Source: Psammoneis japonica
Lineage: Eukaryota
Direction of reading: 5' to 3'
Length of the DNA: 64,000 nucleotides
Assembly: GCA_008632985.1 (NCBI GenBank)
Contig: QPGO01000298.1
Span: forward strand, 1-64,000
The notes under the pieces are model-generated. The model saw only the letters and a list, made by a program, of their open reading frames with translations, was not told the origin of the DNA and ran no database searches. Made by a program: the position numbers and the translations under genes. Of this stretch, positions 26,301-37,809 are shown piece by piece (position 1 is the stretch's first letter; every line of letters starts with the position of its first letter).

Positions 26301-27490
26301 CACCCAAATGAACCTGATGTGACACTCACACAAGTGCAGGAGCAACACAGCAGAAGCATGTCTCTGCATTGCAGCTGTTGCAATCTGCCATGCAAGGAGA
26401 TGAAGATTGCTTGTGAGGTTCAGATTGGTGTGCAAAAAGCAAATGATGACAACTGTGTTGAAGAGGCACCATGCCCCCTCACTGTTGGCTGTTGTCAGAA
26501 TGGAAAAGCCAACAAACAATGTCATGGAGCCCAAGCTGTTTGTTCCCAATCAAAGTTGCCTGCCCCCATGACAACTTGATCTTTTTTGTTGACATTGATG
26601 ACAAGGTCAAAATCATGCATGATGGCAGCCAGCAACTTTATTTTTCAAGGCATGCTGAACAAAAAGACAACAATGACTGGCACTGTCAAGTGTCAAGTGT
26701 GACAACATGGATGCAGCAGCATTTGCCATGGCTTTTGTGTGGGCTGAGAATCATCCCAACATGTGCTGGGACACCAACAATCTGAATGTGGTGCCAATGT
26801 CTGAGACATTCAAACATGACAAAACTTGGAAAATTCAACTTTCATTTAAATCGTCACTTGTTTTGTTCTGCGTTGCACTGCCATCTTCACTGCACAACCT
26901 TGGGTGCACTCACCTGTCAGTTGGTGTTTTTTTTTCATGCTTGTGTGGTTTCTCCACCCAACAATCTGCTGAACCACAACTGGCTTGCAAACTCCCCTGT
27001 CAGCTGGGTTTGCTTCTTTGTCAGATGTTCCCATCTACCCTCACCATCATTCAGCATGATTGCTTTGGGTCACAATGATGAGACAAATGTTCTTTGACCC
27101 ATTGCAGTTTGTGGCCCTGGTGTGAGGGTGCAAGGAAAGGCCAGAGCACAAAACTCTCATTCATTGTTGTGTGCTTTGGTCATTGGCCAGTGATTGCCAG
27201 TTGCTGGTGGGTTCAGAAATGATGCAGTCAATTGTGACAGGGAACTCAACATTTCTTTGGGTTGTCAAATGTTTGACCCATTGCAGACATTTTTTCACTC
27301 CAGGTGTGAAACGCATGTGTTGAGGTTGGATGTTTCATCTGTCCTTTTTACATCGCCGTGTGGTTTGCACAAGCAAATCTGATGGACTTTCCCCCAATTT
27401 TTGTTTCGCATTCCCTCAGATCTGTTTGTTGTAAACTGCCAGCCATTGACAATGCTGCTTGGAGAGCAGTGTGGGAAATGAAAAAAATCT
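23400..27490. other. Decayed, TpA/CpG-depleted coding-like sequence (plus-strand remnants at about 23630-25680); family not identified
   Basis: Protein-like stretches (DKWLALIKDHVQEKLG..., FEKEVNSHLDSIMHHALPG...) are broken by TGA stops and frameshifts. Confidence 0.4.
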
Positions 27491-27494
27491 TCAG

Positions 27495-29810
27495 GAGGCA
27501 ATTCTTTGGTGAGAAAATGATCGCAAACTGTGCATGACCAGTTTTGATGCCTTGCTGTGCTGCATTTTTTTGTTTCTTCCATCACATCTGACTGCCCTTG
27601 ACAAGTTCCTACATTCTTCATGGCACAAAGAGTTCACACCAAAAAAGAATGGTGTTCTAACTCCTTCATTTTTTACAAGAAAAATTGGGGGAGAACTGAC
27701 TTCACACATGCATTTTTTGCATGATCAGCTGTTTCAAAGATCAACTGATTTGTTGACTTTTGTGGGAGTCTTGAGTTTGTTGCGCATGCTGGGGTTGAAA
27801 TGGCAGCTTCAGAGCATGAAGAAAGTGGTGCAACTGAGTCTTTTGAAGAGCAGAAGCAGAGAAAACAATCAAATGTGACCAGCTCTGTTCCAACAGCTTC
27901 TCAATTCCCACGAACCCTAAAAATTGAGTGCAGAATCATCATTTTGTCAGTGTCAAAATTTGGTTTTTTGTTGCGACCCAAAAGCATCATCCACAACAAC
28001 TTGAAGCACATTCAATGCATCACAAGAAATGCACCAATGCATCATGAAGATTCACATTGTGGTTTGCAGCAAGCATCAAGTGAGCAGAGCTGAGAGTTGC
28101 AGAGACTCCTGTGTCACAATCTGATGAAGAGGAAAAGAGGCATCAAAAACACCATGAGTCAAAAGGCCACCCATGAGGCACAACAAACAGCAAAAATCAA
28201 AATTTCCATCACACCATCACATGGACCACAGTCCAGTTGATCCATTTTGGCACTCTTGCCTTTTCTTTGTCTTTACAGCCATTGTTGTGAGGATGGTCAA
28301 ATTCATGTTGGTGGTGCGGCACAATTGTTGGTGAGCGCAATTTGTCGTTGTTGACATGAAAAAACATGTCTTTGTTTTGGAGCTCAACTTTCTCATGTGT
28401 GTTTGGCACCAGGTGTGTGTGACATGTGGAAACACACAGAAAACCTTGTGATTTGTCCAAACGTTTCTCACCTGAGAGGAAAACACATTTGCAGTGTGCA
28501 GCCATGGTGGCACAACAAAGGCCAGAAAACAAAATTCTTGCTGCATGCGTCCATGCTGGCCAACATGGTGAGCTCGTGTGGCGCACGCACCTGTGGCACC
28601 ACACAGAGGCAACTCTTTGGTAAGAAGATGATTACAAACTGTGCGTGACCAGTTTTGATGCCTCCTTGAGCTGCTTTTTTTCTGTTTCTTCCATGCATCT
28701 GACTGCCCTTGACAAGTTCCTGCATTCTTCATGGCACAAAGAGTTCACACCAAAAAAGAATGCTGTTCCAACTCCTTTTTCACAATAAAAATTGGGGGGA
28801 AGAACTGACTCAACACATGCATTTTTTGCACAATCAGCTGTTTCAAAGATCAAGTGATTTGTTGACTTTTGTGGGAGTCTTGAGTTTGTTGCATGCCAGG
28901 GTTCTTGAAATGGCAGCTTCAAAGCATGAAGAAAGTGGAGCAATTGAGTCTTTTGAAAAGAAGAAGCAGAGACAACAATCAAATGTGACCAGGAGCTCTG
29001 TCTCAGAGTCAAATAAAACAGCTGCAACACTCAAACATTGCCAATGCTGTCATTCCACTTAACAAGATTGCACCTCTTGGACTCATCCAGCCAATTGCCA
29101 TGAACCCTCAAAATCAAGTGCAGAGTCATTCTTTTGTCAATGCCAAAATTTGTTTCTTTCTCGTGACCCAAAAGCATTGTCCACAACAACTTGAAGCACA
29201 TTCAGTGTGTCACAAGAAACACAGGCTGCCACCAATGCATCATGAAGATGTGCACTGTGGTTTGCAGCAAGCATCAAGTCAACAGAGCTGAGAGTTGCAA
29301 AGACTCCTGTGTTGCAATCTGACAAAGAGGAAAAGAGGCATCAAAAACATCATGAGTCAGAAGGCCATCCATGAGGCACAACAAATGGCAAAAATCAAAA
29401 TTTCAACCATGCCATCACATGGACCACAGTCTTGTTGATCTGTTTTGGCACAGTCACCTTTTCTTTGTCTTTGCAGCCATTGTTGTGAGGATGGTCAAAA
29501 GTTCATGACAGTGGTGCCATGTCACCATTTTTGGTGAGTGCAATTTGTGGTTTTGTTGACATGAGAAAACATGTCTTTGTTTTGGAGCTCAATTTTCTCA
29601 CATGTGTTTGGCACCAAATGTGTGTGTGACATGTAGAAACACATGGAAAACCTCATGATTTGTCCAAAAGTTTCTCACCTGGGAGGAAAACATTTGCAGT
29701 GTGTGGCTGTGGTGGCAAAACAAAAGGCCAGGAAACAAAATTTTTGCTGCACGCATCCACGCTGGCCAACATGGTGAGCTCGTGTGATGCCCACCTGTGG
29801 CACCACACAG
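27495..29810. repeat. Tandem duplication of a 1.1-1.2 kb unit (about 27495-28605 and 28606-29810)
   Basis: Shared blocks throughout, e.g. gactgcccttgacaagttcc, catggcacaaagagttcacacc, gaggaaaagaggcatcaaaa and gctggccaacatggtgagctcgtgtg. Confidence 0.9.
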
Positions 29811-31292
29811 CGCAGCATTGTTCATGTGCACCATGGAATCATGCATCTCAGCCCCACTGCAAGCACAAACCATGCAGTGGTTTGCAGCTCAAAATCACCA
29901 ATGCACATGATTGTTGCTCCAAACTGTCAATTTGGTCATGGCACACCAAAAATGACCCGACAGACAATGGCTGAAAATGCAGAAGGCAATGAGATGTCTG
30001 CAACAACAACTTTGTGCATCACTCAATGCAACAAAGTCTGTTTGACAACATGCATGATCAACTTCAGTGGTTTGCTGCATGTCTTTGCACTGCTGCCAGC
30101 TTGTTGATTGTCAGCCTCATTTTTGTGCTTCAATTTGGCATTTGACCCTCTGGCACAAATTGCACATGCAAAGGTCTGCACCAAAAGCCAAGACAGCTGA
30201 GTTTGGGTCTGCCCCTTTGGAGAGCACTGCAAACTTCTTCTGCTGTGTTGTCCTTGATGGCATTGAGAAGGACAAACCCAAACTCACATGTCTCTGTGCT
30301 GGTGGGAACTCCAACCTGCACAGCAAGGTCAGACTGCACTGCAGTTGCTTGAGTTGGCAATGACTCAAGTCTCAGCAGCTGCTGTCTGTGACTGTGCCTT
30401 GGACTTGAACTTCTCACTGGCAGCTGCAGTTGCATCAGTCATTGTCAGTTGATGCTGTTGCCACACCTGTTGCTGCGTCTCAGAAGATTCTTGCTTTGAT
30501 GGCATCAGCAAAGTCTGGCAATGTGCACTCAAGGAACCAAGGTGATTTTGTCTGAGGCTCTGCAGGAAATTGTCACACTTGTTGCCTGGCACGGGAATGG
30601 ATGCAAGCCCCTGTGACCGTTGCAACACCATCCATGCAGCCACATGCACTGTTTCCATGTGGGGCAAGCTCATGCATTTTTGACACAACTTTTGACACAA
30701 CTTCAAAATTTGTCACAACTCTCAAGGTGCACGTCATCTCTGGGCATGTGAAACATGTCTGTGAGGCTTCCAGTGCAAATTCTACACACGGCAAAAATGC
30801 AGTGTTGGTCCACCTGTTTTCAAGAGTTTGGCTGTGATCCAATTCTTCCACCGGGTCACGTGGAAAGAGTGGGTGGACTTCTTGTGTGACTTAGCAAAGA
30901 GGGGCATGGAGAGAAAACAACGCCAGATGAGTGTCGATTGCGTGTTCCCTTCCTGAGCACAAGATCAAGTCATGCAAACCTTCTTTCTCGTTTCTTGTCG
31001 CAGCATTTATTTCTCCATGAAAAGAAGAGTTAGCTCATGTTCGCTGAAAGAGCAACCCCGGTCAAAGTGCACGGTAGGTTCCTAGACCCAAGACGTAAGA
31101 CAAAATCTATAATTGTAATCCCCTAAACTTCTAAACGATGCTCTACCTAGAACTACCCCGATACTTATTTTTACGTCAATATTTTGTGAGTTCACAAAAC
31201 CACAGTCACCCGCAATTCTGCGATTCTCGAGCTCGTCTAGCTCGGTGAAGATGGTCTGCTTATCGTCACGCAAAAAAGTGAAGTTTCAATAT

Positions 31293-32345
31293 TTACATTG
31301 TTATGCAGCCAGCACAGGACATGTTGGTCCACTGAAATGTTCCTTGAGACGAACTAATTGGTGACAGAGTAGCCGTTGGAAGCAATTCTAACGGTGAAGA
31401 AAAGTAATCCAATACATGTTGAGGGGACAGTTCTTTTCGATCCTCCTGGGAAAGGCCATTTAGGTATAAGCGCACTTCCGACTCCGACACAGACCTAGGT
31501 CGATGTGGGTTCAGCATAAAGGCTTTGACTAGTTCATCACTTTCCCATTTCATGCTCAAATGTTGGTCCCAATTGATCCCAAAGTCCTGATGAATAACAT
31601 GCCTACCCACTGTTGCTCTAAGGTTTTTCACCTCCGCGTAAGGCAGCATCGGTTGGATGCCCTCCAGCCCATTTAGAGTCAGCAGGAAATTCGCACTCTC
31701 TTCGTTCGGAGTCAAAATGACCGCAACTATGTTTCTTCCACGAATTGCAGTTTTGATGGCCCGTGCAAGGTTTTCATCCACCCGGTTGATTCCTTTTGGC
31801 ATGAACTCATCGAGAAAAAGATAGGACGTCGGTACTCCTGCTGGGCTAGCCAATTCTCTGGCAATCAGATGAAGCAATCCAGAAGGGGGGTTTGCATAGT
31901 CTTTTAGGTCAAGGAGGGCCAACATATGCTCAAGGTAACTCATGTCAGAATCAGTTGGACTGAAGCAAAGGCCGTTGTTGATCCCGTTCCTGACGTACAT
32001 CTCGATATGGGCCACACAGGCCGTTGTTTTCCCCATGCGAGGAGGGACGTGTGCAACGTAGACGGTTCCTGGACTGGTACATCGCTCTCGAATGTATTTC
32101 ATAATTGGCGAACGGGCGTATTCGGGACGTCGTTTGTATTGGTCCACGTCACCGGAAAACAAGAAGCGCTTTTCCAGACCCATCTTGACCTTGCGCTTTG
32201 CATAAGGGTTGTTGTCCTTCCATGGAACCCGAATTAACTCCTCCACTGCTTCTTCCGTGAGTTTCGTCAGCACCGCTGACCCGACCACTTCACCTGCACA
32301 CGAAAGGAGAGAAGCGTGCATGACAGGGAGGTTACAGTGCAGCAT
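31293..32345 (-). CDS. P-loop NTPase-fold hypothetical protein
   Basis: 350-aa ORF with Walker-A-like VAHVPPRMGKTT and Walker-B-like YLFLDEF. Normal composition. The 5' end may involve an intron. Confidence 0.75.
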   Translation of the reverse strand: MLHCNLPVMHASLLSCAGEVVGSAVLTKLTEEAVEELIRVPWKDNNPYAKRKVKMGLEKRFLFSGDVDQYKRRPEYARSPIMKYIRERCTSPGTVYVAHVPPRMGKTTACVAHIEMYVRNGINNGLCFSPTDSDMSYLEHMLALLDLKDYANPPSGLLHLIARELASPAGVPTSYLFLDEFMPKGINRVDENLARAIKTAIRGRNIVAVILTPNEESANFLLTLNGLEGIQPMLPYAEVKNLRATVGRHVIHQDFGINWDQHLSMKWESDELVKAFMLNPHRPRSVSESEVRLYLNGLSQEDRKELSPQHVLDYFSSPLELLPTATLSPISSSQGTFQWTNMSCAGCITM

Positions 32346-32628
32346 TCAAACGGAAGACGATTTGATCGGCATGGCCGCGATGTCTTTTGAGTTTTCTTCT
32401 TTCGCTCATGTGGAAAGAGCCGTTATTGTGTAATGATACAGTACATACAGCACTGTATGTACAGTACCGACAGGGACAATTGCGACGAACCAGCATTTGT
32501 ATCCTCAGTAACAAATACTAATAATATGAGTTAGCCGGGGTAGGGCTAGTTGGTCGCGCACGTTTGGGTTCGATGTGACCGTCCAACTAGCCATACCCTG
32601 CAGGAAAAGCTGTTGGTGGCGCGCGAGC

Positions 32629-34822
32629 GAGCCCCTGGCAGATTTATATCTTATTCATTATATTTTTATATAAATGTACTCACATTAATTTATGCATTTG
32701 TACACAAATGCTAATAGTAACAGGAAAAATCCTGAACCACATTCTCCCCTAAAACTCTAACCACCAAAAACAGAGGGTGCGGAAGCGCACTTTTTGGAAG
32801 ACTGCGCACACACCAAAACATCACGCGTTTTGATGACTCGACCATGACGACCTCCCGTTCTTCGTCCCCCACACCACCTGACGTGTCCCCGCCTGCCATG
32901 TCTGATGCGGCAGCCCCTCCTGCATTGGCCGGTGCCATTGCACCCGCTGTCATTGCCCAAACACAGCCGATTTGCCATCCGGAAGATTTGTGCTTCTGTT
33001 CGCCGGATCCGGTGCATGAAACACAAATGCAGCTCGGGGATTAGTCTGCTCCTGCAATTGCGTTCCCAGAGAAACTGGACTTTCATTTGTGCCATCGTGT
33101 TGTGGAAGGTGCTGATGAGCCGTCTCTCAAACGGTCTGGGGCGCAGCTCCCAAACCATGTCAAAAAACAAAAGAAACAATGAAGGCATGGGTTCCGTGAG
33201 CAGCAATGTGCTGGTTGACACTCCTTGCATGGGCATGGGCATGGGCATGGCAGAGGAGCATCTGGGAGGCATGGCAATGGCTTTCTCAGGATGATTCCTG
33301 AGCAGAACCTCCTCCATCTGGAGGTGATTGAGACTTGGTGTCAAGATGAACCGCAGCAACATGTGAAGGAGGATGCAGCCAATGGAATGCGGGCAGAGAA
33401 GGTGCCGGCATGCAAAGCAGCAGCACAGCTGTCGACATGGCACTGGTTTTGAAGGTCCAACAGTGACAAACACAGTGCGTGTTTGCCAAAAGCACGTTGC
33501 CACCTGCCTCCATTTTAGCAACTTACAAAAACAGCACAAAACTGTGAAAGCATGCCTGCCATCTAATTGTCACTCCACATCAGGTTTCTAATTTACAGAG
33601 AACTGCACAATGTGTCTGCACATTCTAAAGATTGGACTGCACTCAAGAGCTGGCCAAGAGGCACTGTTCACGTCCATTGATGTTGCAGGCCAGCAAAGGG
33701 CAGGCAAAGAGCCCACTGAATGCTTGTGCAACATGGGTGTTCACGCTTGCAATGTCTGAAAAATTGATTGCCATGTCTTCACCTGACGGGCTGCAAGTTT
33801 CCTTGAACCGAAACCAGAAAACCATGAACAAACATGGAAAGCACAAGAGCCACAACACCAACACTCGTCCATCAGCAGGCTGAGGTTGCATGGGTTTCCT
33901 GGTTTGCTGTCATCCATTGTGCTCCTTCCAAAGCAAAAACAGTGACAGTGTCAACAGTGCCTGCAGCAGTGAGAGCAGGATCAACAGTGTGGGCATGCCA
34001 GGGGACCGAAGTGCAGGTGCGGCATTGGAATTCATGATGGCATCTGTGGCAGGCGGTGGGGCGAGAATGAAAGAAGTGTGAGCCTTTGGCATTTCATTGT
34101 GGACATCATTGGCAAAAGCCAATGACAGCATCAGCAGCACCTGCGGCAATGAGGGTGGGAGCAACAGCATCGGGCATGCCAGGGGACCAAAATGCAGGCA
34201 CGGCATTGGAATGTGTGACAGCATCTGTGGCAGGCAGTGGGGGGAGAATGAAAGAAGTGTGAGTCACTGGCATTTCTTTGTGGACGTTGTTGGCAAAAGC
34301 CAATGACAGTGTCAACAGTGCCTGCGGCAGTGAGGGCAGGAGTGACAGTGTCGGGCATGCTGGGGGCCCGAAACGCAGGTGCGGCATTGGAATTCGTGAT
34401 GGTGTCTGTGGGAGGTGGTGGAGCGTTCAAACAACAGTGTGAGTTTGCAGCATCTTATTTTGCATGTGTCGCACCCACGAGAACCAGAACAATGACATTG
34501 CCTGTTGCGTCAGTGTCGTCATCAATGGTGTCAACAGGATCAGCGTCCTGGGAAGGCGATGGGGAAGAACCACGAGGCATCATCATGGTCGAGTCGTCAA
34601 AACACGTGTTTTTTGTGTGGAGAAAAAGAGCTGCCAAAAGTGCATTTCCGTGCCCTCGGTTTTTGGTAGTCAGAGTTTTGGGGGAGCTGTGGAGCAGGAA
34701 TTTTTGCTTGTGGAACACACACATGCATGTGGATGTTAACATTGAAACTCAACACACGGCGAAGCCATGCGCGCGCAACCACGAACACACACACAGCTCC
34801 CCTGCCACAGGGGTGGAGCCCA
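32629..34822. mobile_element. MULE-like insert with long subterminal inverted repeats and a probable 9-bp TSD
   Basis: Inverted repeat of about 140 bp at 32720-32870 / 34560-34706. Flanking 9-mers are cgcgcgagc (32620-32628) and tgtgcgagc (34823-34831); the uninterrupted copy has it once. No transposase motif recognised. Confidence 0.6.
33932..34425. repeat. About 181-bp tandem repeat, 2.7 copies
   Basis: Recurring gcaaaa...tgacag...cggcattggaa...tctgtgg...gagaatgaaagaagtgtgag. Confidence 0.9.
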
Positions 34823-35574
34823 TGTGCGAGCAGAGGCAACAAAGCAAAAAACACGGTGTGGGGCGTGGGTCAAACATTGCAACATGACACGGCAACAAGC
34901 AATGAGAAGAATCCCAACTAGACCCAGAAACACATTGCACAAATGTTGTCCAACAGGTTGATCTCATCTGGGAACACCAGCTGGCAGATGAGTGAACGGC
35001 GTTCGCGTTGCTCGCCATGGTGTTGTTGTGCGTTATCGTGAGGTGCGCACGAAGGACGGACATCTATTTTGCCCATGGTGACTCTGTTTTGGTGACAGTG
35101 GAGTTTTAGCTGTGTGCAATCTGGAGACAATTTGAGAAGCGCTTCGCGACAACCTTGTTCGGGACGTTAAATAGAAATTTTTTTACACAGATTTTAAACA
35201 TGTTTCGGGGTGTTCCTCACTTTTTTGAATTTGGGTGTGCTCTTTACAAGACCGCAGCAATGTTGATGACATGCAAAACCGTAAGAGACGAACATAAATT
35301 TATCTTTCATGTGCACCACGTAGACTGTGCACCGGCGGAAAATCCACCGCATGTCAACTCACTCAGCGCAATTCCATGTTCACTCTACTTGCACCTCACA
35401 CACGCACACACGCCGCACAGTCTAACAACCGCGCACACGTGCGCGAGATCATGCGCACAGAGCACATGCGTGCATGGATGTACAGGTGATGAAAAACGCG
35501 AAAATGAACTTGAGAGACTGGTGACGACGATGACTGCAGCATTGGCGCGTCCCTTTTCGGATGCAGAAATGCCA

Positions 35575-37079
35575 CAGGCTCAAGTTCAAGAAATGGGCTG
35601 GCATGTCGTCTCAACGGACAAATGATCAACACGCACATCTTAGGACAATTTTGTGTGTGCCAATTTGCAACCTTTTTGGCGAACATTTGGTCCATCATCT
35701 GTCCGTCAGATTGTGGATTTTCGTGACCCTTCATGCCTTTTTTACCACGACACAGCACGGCACAATGGAAGGTGGGGCATCGGTCACCGACGATTGCATC
35801 AGTCCCTTTCGATGCTCTGAAGGCTCGAACATGTCATCGCCATCTCATTTTTGCCATGGCCGACCTTGCCAAAAGTTGACAGGGTGTGCATGTTTCCACG
35901 TGATTCAGCACTCGTCATTTGAGTTTCCATTTTTCTCACACCAACAACATCATCAACCGTCGTCATTGTTCGCGCAGCCATGGCATCCAGGGAAAAAGAG
36001 AGCGGCACTGCAGGAAAGAAAAAAGTGGCTGTCCTGTTAAAAAAAGAGAGTTGATGATGCTCTCATTCTTTTGACAGCACACATCTTGGTGAGCTCTGAT
36101 GGGAAACGGCTGATGTTTGCTGCAGAATGGCGGCATTCGAGGTGGAACAACCAAAAGTGGCATGTTGGATGCAATTCAGAAGGGATGCATTGAGTCTGTT
36201 GATGCTTGCATTGCAAAACACACCATGAAGGCATGTGACCAGGTGGATGCCGTTGATGGACGAGAAACTCCTGACGCCCACGAGCCTCAAAATGACTCAA
36301 CACCATGCCGTGGTTGGGTGGAGAGAGGCACAAGCTGGCAATGTTGATGTCTGTTCAAGACAACTTGGAGGAAATGAAAGAGCAGTCACGTGTTTTCATG
36401 GAAATGGCAAGTCCAGCAGCTTTCAGTTTTTTTGTCAGCAGCGCAGTTGGCAAAATTTGCATCCATTCACAGCTTCATGTCCTCACAATTCTGTGGTGTT
36501 TGACACCCACTCTCAACATTGGGTGGAACATCATCACATTCTTTGAAATCATCCTCTTCTTCAACATCTCAAAACGACTCAGGTTGCTGTTCCTGCTCTA
36601 GCTAGATTGGAGGAGGAGAAAAAACAAAATTCTCATGATGCACGCAATTTCAATGCTGATGTCCCTGCTTGTGCGCACAAACCACCTGGTGGTTCGTGCA
36701 CATGTTTGGATGCACACGAACCACCTGTGAACAAATCTGAGCACTGTAAATCGGAGGTGGGATCTGCATGTTTGTGCCACTTGAAACTTGTCCACCAAGC
36801 CGGCAGTCATGTGCCGGCCATCCTGAAAAATGTTTTGTGTCAGAGAAAGAGTTCGTCAGGGCCGGCGAACAACACCCCCCCACGATGCAACTAGCACAAA
36901 ATCTACGTAAATGCACAGAAACCAGCACATGGCTTCTGTGCAAATTAGAGCTTGTGAAAAGCAAGCAGGGATGTGCACGCAGAAAAGACAGCCAAAAAGT
37001 GCACAGGCCAACCGCACTCACAGAATGGGATTCACGTGGTGGCCTTCACAACAGCCCATTTCTTGAACTTGAGCGCCTG
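35575..37079. mobile_element. About 1.5-kb TIR DNA element, possibly Tc1/mariner-like
   Basis: Left TIR caggctcaagttcaagaaatgggctg (35575-35600) is the reverse complement of cagcccatttcttgaacttgagcgcctg (37052-37079, 2-nt insertion). Flanks are CA on the left and TG on the right. Confidence 0.65.
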
Positions 37080-37809
37080 TGGAAACGCTGTGCTGCACCT
37101 CTCAAAGTGGCCTCCCGACACACCGCCATGGCATTCTTTTCTTTTTTGGCCCCTTTTCTCCATTGCCATCATCGTCCTCCTTGAACCCATGCACCAGCCA
37201 CAAACTTCCAATGGGCAACTCTCCACAGCAGAACCACAAAAAATGCACCAACCACAACAAACCACAGTGCCCCATTGGTTGCCCCTGAGCATGACAAGCA
37301 TGAAGTGCCAGCCATGTGCGAGGGTCATGAGTCCCAAAAAACAGGGTTTGGGCTGATTTCTGGTGCAAAACCCATGTAGAAAATTCATGCAGAATGTCTT
37401 GTTCACATCGTGCTTTTCCCGTGCTTTGCAAAAAACAGGCCACGACCACAAGGAATTGATTTCAGTCACAACAGTTGACACTTTGTGCACTCACTTTTTG
37501 ACACAAACATGACAATGTCCGCCGTTTGGCAAAATTCCATCATTGGAAAATGTTCACCGTGGCACACCCACGTTGAAGTGTTGATTGAATTTTTCTGAAA
37601 ATGGAGTTTTGTGAAGTGTTCATGCACAGAATCATGTCACTTGTGTAAAAGTCGTTGTGCAAAATGCCAATGGTTTCAGGGAAATGATTCCTTGAGGTGT
37701 CGGTGGAGCAGAGAAGTGCAGCAGAAGCACGAGACAAAAATTGGCCCAAACCCCGATTTTTGTGATTTTTGCTGTGTGCAAAAATTCTGCATAATTTTTG
37801 CACCAGTGC

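Larger units (their letters stand above)
32524..35449. mobile_element. Copy of a short non-autonomous repeat family (also at 55411-56066), interrupted by a 2.2-kb insert
   Basis: 32524-32628 matches 55411-55513, and 34823-35449 matches 55505-56066. Confidence 0.85.

Noticed and set aside
18230..31070. Dense overlapping 60-290 aa ORFs in all six frames as real genes
   Set aside because: TA loss removes TAA/TAG stops and creates ATG/GTG/TTG starts. The products are Tyr-free, C/H/M-rich and almost all end in TGA, so they are compositional artefacts.
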